In this document: positions 47,285-61,735 of the stretch, one piece after another
Position numbering within the stretch: position 1 is the first letter of the stretch
Layout of the letters: each line of letters starts with the position of its first letter
Origin: Centroscyllium fabricii
Lineage: Eukaryota
Assembly: GCA_051313645.2 (NCBI GenBank)
Contig: JBNRSN020000008.1
Span: 203,608,001-203,672,000, forward strand
Reading direction: 5' to 3'
Length of the DNA stretch: 64,000 bases
Notes under the pieces: generated by a model
Database searches by the model: none
Seen by the model: only the letters and a program-made list of their open reading frames with translations
Told to the model about the DNA's origin: nothing
Translations under genes and position numbers: made by a program

Positions 47285-50200
47285 GAAGGGAGGAGCAGAG
47301 AGCAGCGGTACAGTGAGTACTAAAACTCACTTTCGCAGGCTTTTTTTTTTAACCGAGGCCAGTGTCGGGAGGAGCAGAGCACGGCGGAAGTGAGTACTAA
47401 AACTCACTTTCGCCGACTTTTTTTTTTTTACACAGAGGCTTAACAATCTCTCAGTGTTCCAGGGTCACGGCACGATTCAAAAAGTGACGCGGGCAAGAGG
47501 AAGCAGCAGATTGGGTGAGTACAGCCAGGTGAGTATTTATACTACTCTATAGTTTGACAGTTAAGATTAATAGTTTATAAAATTTAGGTCTTAATTTCCA
47601 TGGTTATAGTTTCTACGGTCTGTGTTGTGTATCGGGGAGTGCTACTAACCAAGGGCCCTGGAGTTGTAGTTTAATTGTAGTGTAATTAGTGGTATTGATT
47701 TGATTTAAATGAATTTGAATTGATTATAGGGTAAGTCATGGCAGGACAGCTCGGCCCCGTGGCATGCTCCTCCTGCGCTATGTGGGAAATCAGAGACACT
47801 TCCTGTGTCCCCGACGACATGTGTGCGGGAAGTGAATCCAACTGCAGCTACTGGCAGACCGAATTGCAGTGCTGGAGCTGCGAATGGATACATACTGGAG
47901 CATTCGCGATGTTGAGGACATAGTCAACAGCATGTTTAGGGAGCTAGTCACACCACAGGTAAAGGCTGCACAGGCAGGAAGGGAATGGGTGACCGCCAGG
48001 CATAGTAGGAGGCGCAGGCAGGTAGTGCAGGGGTCCCCTGTGGCCATCCCCCTCTCTAACAGATATAATTCTTTGGATATTGTTGAAGGACATGGCTTAT
48101 CGGAGGAAGGCAGCAGCAGCCAACTTCCTAGCACCATGGGTGGTTCTGCTGCACAGGACGGGAGGAAAAAGAGGAGAGCTACAGTGATAGGGGATTCTAT
48201 TGTAAGGGGAATAGATAGGCGTTTCTGCGGCCGCAAACGAGACTCCAGGATGGTATGTTGCTTCCCTGGTGCAAGAGTAAAGGATGTCTCGGGGCGGCTG
48301 CTGGGCATTCTGGAGGGGGAGGGTGAACAACCAGTTGTCGTGGTGCATATAGGTAAAAAATGGGATGAGGTCCTAAAAGCAGAACATAGGGAGTTAGGAG
48401 GTAAATTAAAAAATACGACCTCAAAGGTAGTAATCTCAGGATTGCTACCAGTACCACGTACTAGTCAGAGCAGAAATAGAAGGATATTTCAGATGAATAC
48501 ATGGCTAGAGAAATGGTGCAAGGGGGAGGGATTCAAATTCCTGGGAAATTGGAACCGGTTCTGGGGGAGGTGGGACCAGTACAAACTGGACCTAGGGGCA
48601 GTGTTTGCTCGTGCTGTTGGGGAGGGTTTAAACTAAAATGACAGGGGGGTGGGAACCTGTGCAGGGAGACAGAGGAAAGGGAAGCAAGGATAGAAACAAA
48701 AGACAGGAAGGAGAAAAGCAAAAGTGGAAGGCAGAGAAATCAAGGGTGCAGATCAAACAGGGTTACAGTAAATAATAATTCTGAAAGGGCTAAGAGTGTT
48801 AAAAAAAAACAAGCCTGAAGGCTTTGTGTCTTAATGCAAGGAGCATTCGTAATAAACATAGAAGATAGGAGCAGGATTAGGCCATTCGGCCCTTCGAGCC
48901 TGCTCCGCCATTCAATGAGATCATGGCTGATCATCCAAACCCAGTACCCTGCCCCTGCCTTCTCTCCATATCCCTCGATCCCTATCGAGCCTACACCGAC
49001 ACATATCCCACCCTTTCCCCTTAACCCCACATATTTTATCCCCCTAACACTAAGGGTCAATTTTATCATGGCCAATCAACCTAACCCGCACATCTTTGGA
49101 CTGTGGGAGGAAACCGGAGCACCCAGAGGAAACCCACGCAGACACGGGGAGAATGTGCAAACTCCACACAGATAGTACCCAAGGCTGGATTTGAACCCGG
49201 GTCTCCAGAGCTGTGAGGCAACCGTGCTAACCACTATGCCACCGTGCCGCCCTGGTGGATGAATTAGCTGCACAAATAGATGTAAACAGATATGCTGTAA
49301 TTAGAATTATGGAGACATGGCTCCAGGGTGACCAAGGCTGGCAATTCAACATCCAGGGGTATTCAATATTCAGGAAAGACAGGCAAAAAGAAAGAGGAGG
49401 TGGGGTAGCATTGCTGGTTGAAGAGGAGTTTAACACAATCGTAAGGAAGGATATTAGCTCTGATGATGTGGAATCGGTTGGGGTAGAGCTGAGAAATACC
49501 ATGGGGCAGAAAACGTTAGTGGGAGTTGTATACAGACCCCTAAACAGTAATGCTGAGGTTAGGGATGGTATTAAACGGGAAATTACAGATGCATGCAATA
49601 AGAGCACAACAGTTATCATGGGTGATTTTAATCTACTTATAGGTTGGGCTAACCAATTTAGTAACAATACTGTGGAGGAGGAATTCCTACAGTGTGTACG
49701 GGATGGTTTCCTGGACCAATATGTCGAGGAACCAACTAGAGATCAGGCCATCTTAGACTGGGTATTATGTAATAAGAAAGGATTCATTAGCAATCTTGTT
49801 GTGCGAGGCCCCTTGGGTCGGAACAATCATAATATGATGGAATTCTTCATTAAGATGGAGTTGAAATGAAGGGAACTACGATGGTATGAGACGTGAGTTG
49901 GCTAGGATGGATTGGGGAACCTTACTTAAAGGGTTGACAGTGGATAGGCAATGGCAAACATTTAAAGATCGCATGGAAGAACTACAGAATTTGTTCATTC
50001 CTGTTTGGCGTAAAAATAAAACAAAAAAGGTGACTCAACCGTGGCTAACAAGGGAAATTAGGGATAGCATAAGATCCAAGGAGAGGACATTTTAATTGGC
50101 CAGAAAAAGCAGCAAAACTGAGGATTGGGGGCAGTTTAGGGTTCAGTAAAGGAGGTCAAAGGGATTAATTAAGAGGGGGAAAATAGAATATGAGCGTAAG

Positions 50201-50670
50201 CTTTCAGGGAACATAAAAACTGACTGTAAAAGCTTCTATAGCTATGTGAAGAGAAAAAGATTGGTGAAGTCAAGCATAGATCCCTTGCAGTCAGAATCAG
50301 GGGAATTTATAATGGGGAACAAAGAAATGGCAGACCAATTAAATATATACTTTGGTTCTGTCTTCACAAAGGAGGACACAAATAATCTCCCAGAGATGTC
50401 GGGGAACATGGGATCTAATGAGAGGGAGGAACTAAATGAAATCAGTATTTGTCAGGAAATGGTGTCGGGGAAATTGACGGGATTGAAAGTCGATAAATCC
50501 CCAGGGCCTGATAATCTACATCCTAGGGTACTTAAGGAAGTGGCCCCAGAAATAAGATGCATTGCTGGTCATCTTCCAAAATTCGATAGATTCTGGAATA
50601 GTTCCCATGGATTGGACGGTAGCTAATGTTACCACATTATTCAAAAAAGGTGGTAGAGAGAAAACCAGGT
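47285..50670 (+). mobile_element. CR1 LINE 5' two-thirds (5'UTR, ORF1 with SGNH esterase-like domain, ORF2 endonuclease), decayed
   Basis: ORF1 CSSCAMW zinc motif, VIGDSIVRG, PGARVKD, VVVHIG. ORF2 ETWL, RKDR..RGGGVAL, GDFN, LDWV, KSPGPD. Confidence 0.9.
48856..49252 (-). mobile_element. HE1-like V-SINE inserted at the start of CR1 ORF2
   Basis: Reverse complement of 36981-37377. Confidence 0.9.
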
Positions 50671-50769
50671 AACTCTACCCCTCCATGATGTCCCGCAATG
50701 TCTGCACCTCAGACTCCAGCTCAACAATTGAGTTGAAGTTCCTCGAGATGCAGACACTTTAAAAAAAAT

Positions 50770-52675
50770 TGTTTGTGAGGTGTGGGTGTCGCTGGCAAGG
50801 TCAGCATTTATTGCCAATTCCTAATTGCCCTTGAGAAAGTGGTGATGTCTTCTTGAACCACTCCAGTCTGTGTGGTGATGGTACTTCCATAGTGCTGTTA
50901 GGGAGGGAGTTCCAGGATTTTGACCCAGCGACGACGAAGGAACGGGCAATATATTTGCACGTCAGGATGGTGGTCGTGTTCCCATGCGCCAACTGCACTT
51001 GTCCTGCTAGGTGGTAGAGGTCGCAAATTTGGGAGGTACAGCAGTGCATCTTATAGATGGTACACACTGTAGCCACGATGCGCGGTGGTGGAGGGAGTAA
51101 ATGTTTAAAGGCGGTGGATGGGGTGCCAATCAAGCGGGCTGCTTTGTCCTGGATGGTGTCGAGCTTTTGAGTGTTGTTGGAGCTGCACTCATCGAGGCAA
51201 GTGGAGAATATTGCATTACACGCCTGACCTGTGCCTTGTAGATGGTGGAAACGCTTTGGGAGTCAGGATGTGAGACACTTGCCACAGAATACCCAGCCTC
51301 GGACCTGCTCTTGTGGCCACATTATTTATGTGGTTGGTCTAGTTAAATTTTTGGTCAATGGTGACCCCCCAGGATGTTGATGGTGGGAGATTCAGCGATG
51401 GTCATGTCTTTGAATGTCAAGGGGCAGTGGTTAGACTCTTGCTTGTTGGAGATAGTTACTGCCTGGCACTTGTGTTGCGTGAATGTTACTTGCCACTTAT
51501 CAGCCCAAGCCTGAAGGTTGTCCAGATCTTGCTGCATGCAGGCAAGGACTGCTTCATTATCTGAGGAGTTGCAAATAGAACTGAACACTGTGCAATCATC
51601 AGCGAACATCCCCACTTCTGACGGAGGGAAGGTCACTGATGAAGCAGCTGAAGATGGTTGGGCCTAGGACACTGCCCTGAGGAACTCTTGCAGTGATCTC
51701 CTGGGGCTAAGATGATTGGCCTCCAACAACTACAGCCATCTTCCTTTGTGCTTAGTATGACTTCAGCCAGTCGACAGTTTTCCCCTCCGATTTCCACTAG
51801 CTACAATTTTGCTAGGGCTCCTTGATGCCACACTCGATCAAATGCTGCCTTGATGTCAAGGGCAGTCACTCTCACCTCGTCTCTGGAATTCAGTGCTTTT
51901 GTCCATGTTTGGACCAAGACTGTAATGAGGTCTGGAGCCCAGTGGTCCTACGGAACCCAAACTGAGCATCGGTGAGCAAGTTATTGGTGAGTAAGTGCCG
52001 CTGATGGCGCTGTGGACGACACCTTCCATCACTTTGCTGATGATTGACTGATGAGGCAGTAATTGGCCGGATTGGATTTGTCCTGCTTTTTGTGGACAGG
52101 AAAAAGCAATTTTCCACATAATCCAGTAGGTGCCAGTGCTGTAACTGTACTGGATCAGCTTGGCAAGAGGCGCAAGTTCTGGAGCACAAGCCTTCAGCAC
52201 AACAGTTGGGAGGTCGTCCGGGCTTGTAGCCTTTGCTGTACCCAGTGCGCTCAGCTGTTTTTTGATATCACGTGGAGTGAATCGAATTGACTGAAGACTG
52301 GCTTCTGTGACGGTGGGGACCTCAGGAGGAGGCAGAGATGGATTATCCACTCGGCACTTCTGGCTGAAGATGGTTGCAAACGCTTCAGCCTTATCTTTTG
52401 CACTCACATGCTGGGCTCCGCCATCATTGAGGATGAGGATGTTCCTGGAGCCTCCTCCTCCTCCAGTTAGTTGTTTAATTGTCCACCATCATTCGCTACG
52501 GGATGTGGCAGGACTGCAGAGCTTTGATCTGATCTTTTGGGCGTGGGATCGCTTAGCTCAGTCTACAGCATGCAGTTTCCACTGGTTAGCATGTGTGTAG
52601 TCCTATGTTGTAGCTTCACCAGGTTGGCACTTCATTTTTAGGTACGCCTGGAACTGCTCCTGGCATGCTCTTCAA
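50770..52675 (-). mobile_element. CR1-clade LINE 3' part (distinct family), nested in a minus-strand CR1 ORF1 remnant (50670-50758 plus 52680-52980)
   Basis: GMFADD, QQDLDNLQAWADKWQVTF, KSWNSLP. Confidence 0.8.
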
Positions 52676-53081
52676 CCCTCACTGCAGATATGGTCATCTG
52701 AGATCGCAATGCTCGCCACAAACTCCCGGTTGCAACATAGCACTTGCACTGCCATCCCTATGTAACCTTGCTTTAATTAATTAATTAAAGTTAATGTATT
52801 TAATTAACTTAGCTTATAGGTTAGATCTTGTTTAAGTTATAGGCAGATTAAATTAAATATTTACCCGCAACACAAATCACTACAAATAATCGGAGGCAAA
52901 AAGCAGAACCTCCTTCCCCCTCTAACTTTCCCAACTTTAACGCTCGGTTTAAGTGCACTCGGTTTAAGACCACTCTGGCGTCAGTAGATACTGTTCACTT
53001 ATACACCTTGGAACCACACCCAAGTTACAAGTGCTGACTCAGCTCCTTGCTCACAGCAATTAGCACCTATTCCAACAAATA

Positions 53082-53563
53082 CAGGTTGAGCACCGGAAAT
53101 CCGGCACCAGGCGGGACCAGGCCCATGCCAGGAAAGTGAAAAAACCGACAGAATGAAGTCGGTCAGTGCGCACCATTCAAAATGGCCGTGTGCATGCGCA
53201 CAACATTGGAAATGGCCACCGAATGTCCTTGCACAGTCTCAGCTGCGGTTTGTGCCTCCTGATGACGGCCAGCAGGCTGCTCCGGGGAACCGCGCGCTTC
53301 ACCATGGCAGGCGCTCGGGACTCGCACATCCAAAACGCAGCGCGAGCCGCCGCGCCCTGACGCCACGGAAGGCCCGGCTCGTCCGGCAGCCGTTTTGAAT
53401 GATCTGCGCATGTGCTTGCCGTTTGGCGGCGCATGCGCAGATCATTCGCCGAAGCCACGATCGCGGCTGCCATTTTGCGCATGCGCAGTGCAGTCGGGGC
53501 AATTTGTTCCGGAAGACTGAAGCTGCCGGCGTTTTGGGTCACGGATTACCGGTGCTCAACCTG
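53082..53563. mobile_element. MITE family A copy 3
   Basis: TA|caggttgagcaccgg ... ccggtgctcaacctg|TA. Confidence 0.85.
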
Positions 53564-53794
53564 TACTTACAGCTGATTGACAGTTAACTGGCACTGACGG
53601 GCAGTTCCTGTTCACTTCAAAAGATCATCGGCACCTGGCTGATAAACTGACCTTCAATTTTCTTTCAAAGATAGAAACCAAATGATAATCTTTACGTAAT
53701 TGTTACATAAAGAAACGGTTGCAACTGTATGACATGATACCCACAGCTGCAGCGAACTGCATATGGACAGGTTACGTGGTATCCAAATATTGCA

Positions 53795-54025
53795 TTTTAC
53801 TCAGAGTGGAACGAGTGCGGAAATTGCTACCACAGAGTAGTTGAGGCGAATAGCATAGATTCATTTAAGAGGAAGCTAGATAAACTGTGAGGGAGAAAGG
53901 AATAGAAGGATATGCTGATGGGGTTAGATGAAGAGGGGTGGGAGGAGGTTCGTGTGGAGAATAAACACAGGCATAGACCTGTATGGCCAAATGGCCTGTT
54001 TCAGTGCTGTAAATTCTATGTAATA
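53795..54025 (+). mobile_element. CR1 3' fragment
   Basis: Same tail family as 8610-8860. Confidence 0.7.
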
Positions 54026-54719
54026 TTTAATATTTCAAACTATTTCTATTTCGAGCATTTTAATTTCAAATCAAGCTATTTCCGTTTTGAATCTCAAAGA
54101 ATGGGAAGCCAGCAATCTCGCTGTCTTCCTCATTCAGCTGAATGCCAGGGGTGACTAGCTGCCCTCCACATCCCCACATCAATGCAGCATTTGAATAAAT
54201 ATTGCACCAAGGAATCCGAGCAAAATTGAGGTCAATGACGTGGGGGAGAACAAGGGAGGTCAAAGGGAAAAGCCTTCAGTGGCTGGAGTCATACATGACA
54301 TGAAGAAAGATGGTCGTGGCTGTTGAATGCCAATTGTCACAGCCTCAGGACATCACTGCAGGAATTACTCAGGGAATGGTTGTCGGCCCAGCCAGCTTCA
54401 GCTGCTTCATCCAATGACCTTCCCTCAGTCATAAGGTCAGCAATGAGCTGTTATGCAACGATTTGAGTATTTGCCTTCACAGCACCCTCATCAAACGACA
54501 GTGGGACCTGGACAAAATGCAGACTTGAACTGACCAGTGGCAGATAACATTTGCATCATGCAAGTGCCAGGCAATGACCAGCAATGACCATCTCAAACAT
54601 GAAAAGGCCCAATCATTAACACCTTGGGGCTAAGACCGACCTCCTAACTGCACCTGCTAGATCAACACGATGGCTTCACGAACAAGGCAGAGATTGGCAC
54701 AGAGTGGCTTACCTCATGA

Positions 54720-55105
54720 CATAGAAACATAAAAACATAGAAGATAGGAGCAGGAGTAGGCCATTCGGCCCTTCGAGCCTGCTCTGCCATTTAACGAGAT
54801 CATGGCTGATCTTACAAGTTCAGTACCCCGTCCCTGCCTTCTCCCCATATCCCTTAATCCCTTTAGCCTGAAGAAATATATCCAGTACCCTCTTGAATAT
54901 ATTCAATGAACCGGCCTCCACCGCCCTCTGTGGCAAAGATTTCCACAGGTTCACCACTCTCTGTGTGAAGAATTTCCTCCTCATCTCAGTCCCAAATGGC
55001 TTACCCCTTATCCTTAGACTATGCCCCCTGGTTCTGGACTCCCCCGCCATCGGAAACACCCTTTCTGCATCTAACCTGTCCAGACCTGACAGAATTTTAT
55101 AAGTC
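54720..55105 (-). mobile_element. Young CR1/HER1 3' fragment nested in an older LINE (54230-55635)
   Basis: YKILSGLDRLDAERVFP..FFTQRVVNLWKSLP and (catagaaa)n tail. Confidence 0.85.
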
Positions 55106-58100
55106 CTCCTCAAAGCCTCTGTGTCATGGATATGGCTTAAGTTAGGCATGTGATGGAATACTCACTCACCACTCTTCTAGGCGGGTGCAGCCACAACAGC
55201 ACTCAAGAAGCTTGACACCACCCAGGGCAGAACAGTTCACTTGATCAGTATCCCAGCTATTATATTCAATTTTCACCATCACCTGTGGTCTGTGGCTGTC
55301 GTAGATAATATTCACAGACTATACTATAGCAACTCACCAAGATTACTTAAACACCAACCTCCCTCCCCTGCAACCTCTACCACTCACAGTAAGTGCAGTC
55401 ATGTTATAGGAACACCAACACCTAAAGGGTCCTCTCTGGCTCACAGACCTTTCTCACTTGGGCATGTACACTATTTCTAAATCAGCACTAGGCCAAATCC
55501 TTGAATTGCTGAACACCACCATAGGAACACCATCACCACAAAGACTGCCGCAGTTCAAAATGGCAGCCCACCTTCACCTCCTCAGGGCAACTAGGGATGG
55601 GCAATAAAAATGGTGTAGTTATCCTGTTCATGCCCAAATGGTTTAGCTATGGTATCCTCAATAAGGGCCATCAAGCCACAATACATCTGTTCCTTTACGA
55701 AGAGATTTTAACAATGTTGTTTTTCCATGTAGCAATATCTGAGCTGAAGGCTAACATAACATTCAAATTTTACCGAAGGAGCACTTTATCTAGGAAAATA
55801 AACTTGAACCAACTGGTAATACAACATAATATATACTGCTCAATTGGCTATTTATTACCATACTAGCAGCTCTCCCATGGCATTGCTTAAAGTGAGTCAG
55901 AAGTTATGTTGTTTTATGCTTTCCATCATCGGGGCCACTGATTTACACGGAATAAGTCAAATTGCATGATGTACGAGTGTTGGTACTATTTTTGGACTCA
56001 ACTTTAATGATTATGTGCATATTTGCATTGAGGAAATCAGTGTACTTAATTACCACTAAAAGTAGAATCAGATAGTTAATTTTATCTCTTACCTTTTCAA
56101 AGCCTAGAACACAGAAAAATATTTTTTTAATTATTATTAGAAACTACTTGTAGCAGTCGTGCGGAACCAAGTGGGTCAGTAGTATTGAGGGTGGCCCTGG
56201 GGTTGGGGAGCATTGGGAAAGGGATTAAGGGTCAGGTCTGTGAGGAGGGAGGGTGGGAAAAGAGGAAGAGATCAAAGTTCTGGGATGTGGGAGGAATGGG
56301 AGTCGTGCACCCCCTAGCTTGCAGGACACATTCAGCAGTAAATATTAATAGATAATGAGACAGGTCGTAATTTTTACTTAATGGATGAAAATAACTGCCC
56401 AGAACAGTTCCATATGCATTGCAGAGTAACAGGAAACCATAGGAACCGGAGGAGGCCATTCAGCCCTTTGAGCGTGTTCCGCCAGTCAATGAGATCATGG
56501 CTAATCTGTATCTTAACTCTATCTACCCACCTTGGCTCCACGTCCCTTAAAGCCCTTTGGCTAACAAAAATCTATCAATCAGAGATTTAAAAAGTAGTTC
56601 CTAATTTCACTCCTGAATGACCGAGCTCTGAATTAAAACCAGCATTGAATCAAAACTGCAACGGCAATCGCTGAATCTTCTCTGAAAGAGGGGCCAACAG
56701 AAAGGGTGATGCAGGCATTCTTCATCTCAAAAGATGTCACGGCTGTTGTAGTAACTACAATGAACTAATTCATTGTACCCTGGTTATGAAGACAAGAGGT
56801 TACAAGCTGGATTGGTTTCAGTGCTGCCAAATCTTACCCAATAATACTCCAATGAGACGGAAAAAACACCTCCACCAAACCCAACATCGGCCCACCTGGT
56901 CCGTCACAGAAGTCACTGCAATGATATGGGATACTCCCACCAGACAATGTATGTGCTTAAGACTTTTTTCAGCGCCATCTCCTCCAAGACTCATTTCTAT
57001 CATTTTAATCAAGCAAACGCATTCCATCCTCAAGATAATCTTTCATCCTTTCAAAAGTTAAACCAATACTGAGCATCAACTGGTGATTCTGGAAATATGC
57101 AGTTCACACAGAAGCTGGTCATCATCTTTGGAAATACAGCACTAGTCTGGAAAAAAAATTAAATGCTCCAGCACTGAAACGGACATCCTGCATTAAAAAT
57201 TCCACACCATATTCAATTGAAGACAGAAGCCAAAAATAAAAACAAGAAAATATTTATGAAATAGCTTGGAAAACCTGAGTGCACTTTTTCAAATAATGAA
57301 ATAACAGTGATATAATTGCCAGCAGAACGCTGCACAACAACTGTGGAATTAACCAAGGAGTGAAATACTCATCGGAAAAACTTTAAGGGGCACAAAAGAA
57401 AGGAGAGAGAAATAAAGGTACTTCATGTTTTGGGCGCTACACCTCAGGAAGAACATATTGGCCTTGGAGGGGATGCAGTGTAGATTCATTAGAATGATGC
57501 CAGGCCTTAGATGTCAGGCCTTAAAGGGATAAATTATGAAGACAAATTGCATAAACTTGGTTTGTATTCCCTAGAATTTAGCATGCTGAAAGATGTTCTA
57601 ACTGAGGGGTTTAAATTCAAAGATTGTTGGTACAGACATATCCAAGCTATGGTAAGCTAGTGATTATGGTATTGGACGAGCAACCCAAATGGCCGAGAGT
57701 TCAAATTTTATCACAGCAAGATATGAAATGAAAGAAATCTTATGATTTATTCACTATCGCCAGAAAATGACCATAAAAGCTTCCAGATTGTTTGGAAAGC
57801 CCAAATGGTACATTAATGTGCTTCAAGAATGAGATGCTGTCACCCCTACCCTCTCTGGCCTACATGTGTCTCCAGTTCCATATGATATGACTGACTCAAT
57901 GACCTCAGGCTACCTTAAGATGGGTAATAAATAAAACAAAATACTGCCTTGCAAGTGCATCCACATCCTAAGAACAAATTTTTTAAAAGGGTACAGTATT
58001 TTCCAGTTGTGCCTAAAGATTGGGCGGGGGAGGTTGTTAAATTACTCAACACTGATACATTTAAAGCTGAACATCACCTTATTGGTGAAGTCATTCTTTT

Positions 58101-58574
58101 CATCACCAACTCTCCTCCGAATTGTGACCCCTCGTTCCTCTGATCAGAACGTTCTATGCTTACTTAAGTTAGCCACCTGAGTGAGATGCCATGACATTTT
58201 TACCAGTTACGAATTATAGCTGAATTATCTCATTCAAATTCCTTGGTGTTCTTTACAATTATTTATTAAAAATATTCATCCAGAATTAGCTAGTGCATAA
58301 CATCCCAGTGTAAGATTAAAAAGGGAATCAAGATTGACAACGGTGTCAATATAAACCAATAAACCAACTGAGTATTGAAATACTGTATTATGAAGAACAA
58401 AGTTCAAGTACTGGAACAGAATAGTCCCAAAGTCCTTGTCCAGCAGATACTTTTCAGACACCAGTTTTGAACTGAAGTATTAATTATTTTGAGATACCTG
58501 CTTGGTCCCATTTCTTTCCAAACATATCCTGGGTCCAATGATCTGCAAAGAAAGAGAATAGCCATGTCATAAAA

Positions 58575-59000
58575 TAAGAACATAAGAAGTAGGAGCAGGA
58601 GTAGGCCATACGGCCCCTCAGGCCTGGTCCGCCATTCAATAGGATCATGGTTGATCCGAACTTAGACTCACGTCCACTTCTCTGCCCTCTCCCCGTAACC
58701 CCTTATTCCCCTCAGTTAGGAAACTGTCTATCTCTGTTTTAAATTTATTTAATGTTGCAGCTTCCACAGCTCTCTGAGGTAGTAAATTCCATAGATTTAC
58801 CAACCTCTGAGTGAAGAAGTTTCTCATCTCAGTTTTGAAAGGGCAGCCCCTTATTCTAAGATTATGCCCCCTAGTTCTAGTCTCACCCATCAGTGGAAAC
58901 ATCCTCACCGCATCCACCCCGATCAAGCCCCCTCACAATCTTATATGTTTCGATAAGATCGTCTCTCATTCTTCTGAATTACCATGAGTAGAGGCCCAAC
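58575..59000 (-). mobile_element. CR1 3' fragment
   Basis: RTRGHNLRIRG..FFTQRLVNLWNLLP. Confidence 0.85.
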
Positions 59001-59511
59001 AGCGGTGTATGTTTGCGCTGCTCCACTATTAGCCTCGCAAAAATGGGAGCTCACCATCCATCTCCCAATGAATTTCATAAAATTGTTGGATTTGCGCGTA
59101 AATACGAATTAAACTTGCTGCAGAAAGTTAGGGCTGCTATTTCATGATATAAGGACCCTTTTAATGACAAGATTTATGTTTCTGCAAGGTCACTCAACCT
59201 CTCTCTTTCCAATCTTTCTTTCCCTCTCTTTATTTATCTTTCTGTATCTAATTTGACACTGATTCATCTTATGTCCTTCTCTGTCATTCGCTGTTTCTTT
59301 CTCTATCCTTAAATTTCATTGGTTAAGGAGATAGACGATTGGCCCCGTTGTTCACCAAGTTCCCAGATGCCCATTGACCGCGCTATCAATTCACACTTTA
59401 AAAAAATGAAGGATAAGGGAAAGAATCCAACTCACAGCACATGGTGTGAGATGCCCCATTCCAGCAAATTATGTACAGGTACCAATATTAACTTTAAACT
59501 ATCAAAGTAAC

Positions 59512-59785
59512 AGTGGCATAGTTGTTAGCACTGTTGCCTCACAGCACTGGAGACTATCTGTGTGGAGTTTGCATATTCTCCCCGTGTCTGCGTGGGTTTC
59601 CTCCGGGTGCTCCGGTTTCCTCCCACAGTCCAAAGATGTGCGGGTTAGGTTGATTGGCCAGGATAAATTGACCCTTAGTGTTAGGGGGATTGAATATGTG
59701 GGGTTACGGGGATAGGGTGGGATATGTGTCAGGTGCAGGCTCGATGGGCCGAAATGGCCTCTTCTGCACTGTAGGGATTCTATGA
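59512..59785 (+). mobile_element. HE1-like V-SINE, partially deleted
   Basis: V-domain and shortened tail. Confidence 0.85.
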
Positions 59786-61735
59786 TAGTGGGCTCCCCTG
59801 CTGGCCATGTGAGTAATAGCAACCTCTGGTGTGACCCGGAGCCACATACACCAGGAAGGGCCACGGTCAATCAGCTAGTAGCTCCCAAACAGAACAGCAG
59901 TTGGGATGCTGCAGTTGACAGCAGCACCTTAGATCAGCAAGGAGAAAAATCAGCCAGAATTCTCACCCTGATTGCTGTCCAGTGACCACTGTGGGAAATA
60001 CCATGTGTCTAGATACCGGTCAGGAAATGGCTGCGATGCCCCCACTCCCCGATAGTCAGATCTTTAGACAGGCACAGTACAATCTCTTGCATTAAACAGA
60101 TACAACAAGATGACAATGCACATTTGTATCATATAGGTCTTATTAAAGAAATAAACATATCACAATAAAAAGGACAATAAACAAAAATTCACTATCGGAT
60201 GTAGGATTTAAGGAACTCCAATTAAACCAGTTGAGAAATTGTGCACAGCTGCACTAGTCTGGTAATTATGACACCACAAGAATCTGACAGAACTACAGTA
60301 CAGGTAGTTATATAACTACAACATATGGCCTAACAGCATAGCTATCATTACAGATTTGAAGGACAGAACCCACAACATCCGGGATATTTTAAGCTTGAGA
60401 TATAGGATTTTAAAAAGGCAAAACAATTTAAATACAAGGAGCTGAGTTTATTTTCAAGAGTAAGATACATTAGCAGTGCAAAGTTTATTGCGATTAAAGC
60501 TGTGTGCAACTAAATTCCTTTTTGTCTACAATAAAACCCAATTAGGGGGTGTGCACGTCTAAACACAGTTAAGAACGGATGAGCAAATAGAACAAGCAAT
60601 GATGTATGCACCCACTGAAGAGAACGACAAGTGTCAAGGCCATCATGTTCATGATGAAAACAGATTGCGCACCTCAATGAGAGGCCAGTGTCTGCACTGC
60701 ATCACCTTCGCAACAACATTTAACGGCATGATTTTCTGCCTGGCATTAACACTTTTCCATCTTCCTCTTCAATCGTGCTGCAGTTGCAAATCTCTGGTCA
60801 TCAACTTCGAATATGTAAAAATTAAATTAGCAGGGCAAGTGTTTGTTAATTGCAGCTTTAAATAATGTGTCTACATAGTATTCATTGCATTTGAAAATGT
60901 TCCAATGTAAAGAAGAAAATGCACAGAGACACAAGCGAGTAACACTCAGCAACACTTAAGGAAACAAATATTACAAGAAAATGAAGGAAGTTTCAAGCTG
61001 GACCATACATAAGTGTGTTTAGTGAATAGAATGCCAATACAATGCAGGAACATGCTGCCCTCTGATATTATATATTGAGGGATGTGGAGAGAAGAATTAA
61101 GCGTGAGAGTCTGGGACGATGATTCCCCCTTTCGCCCCCAAAGCAATAGCAATGCATCTTCATGAAATAAATGTTACAGGAAGTTTAATGTTCCTCACAA
61201 GCATGCAGTGTGGGAGGGGATGCTGTGCTGGGCATAGGAAGAGGCAAACTGGAAAGTGCTAAATACTGGAAATCTGTTATCTGCCTCAACGGAACTGCCC
61301 TTATGTCAACGAAGCTTCCTGAATAACAGGAAAACAAGAACATTTAGCCCTGGAGTCCTGCAGGCAGAAAAACAAAACAATAACTTTGATGACTGAAGCC
61401 AGCTAGGACAGCGTTTGGGTCATTGAGTCGCAAGGTCTTACACTCCTCTGCCAAAATCACCCATTATTCCAGGATCAGCCTGGCGACAAACGATAACCCC
61501 TGGCACAACACAACACACATTGAGAACTAACTTTCCTTTGCAGTTTTCAAAATACAGTTGTTACAAATTTATATCTTCAAGAACTATGGAGAAATCTAGA
61601 GATAGCAATTATCTCTGCAATCAATGCAGATTTCTGCAGCAAATTTAGGCTGCTTTTACACTACAATTGTAACATCTGTGCAAAGCTGTATCAAACTGAC
61701 ACTGTAACATAAATAAAACCTCAATTAGAATGTTA

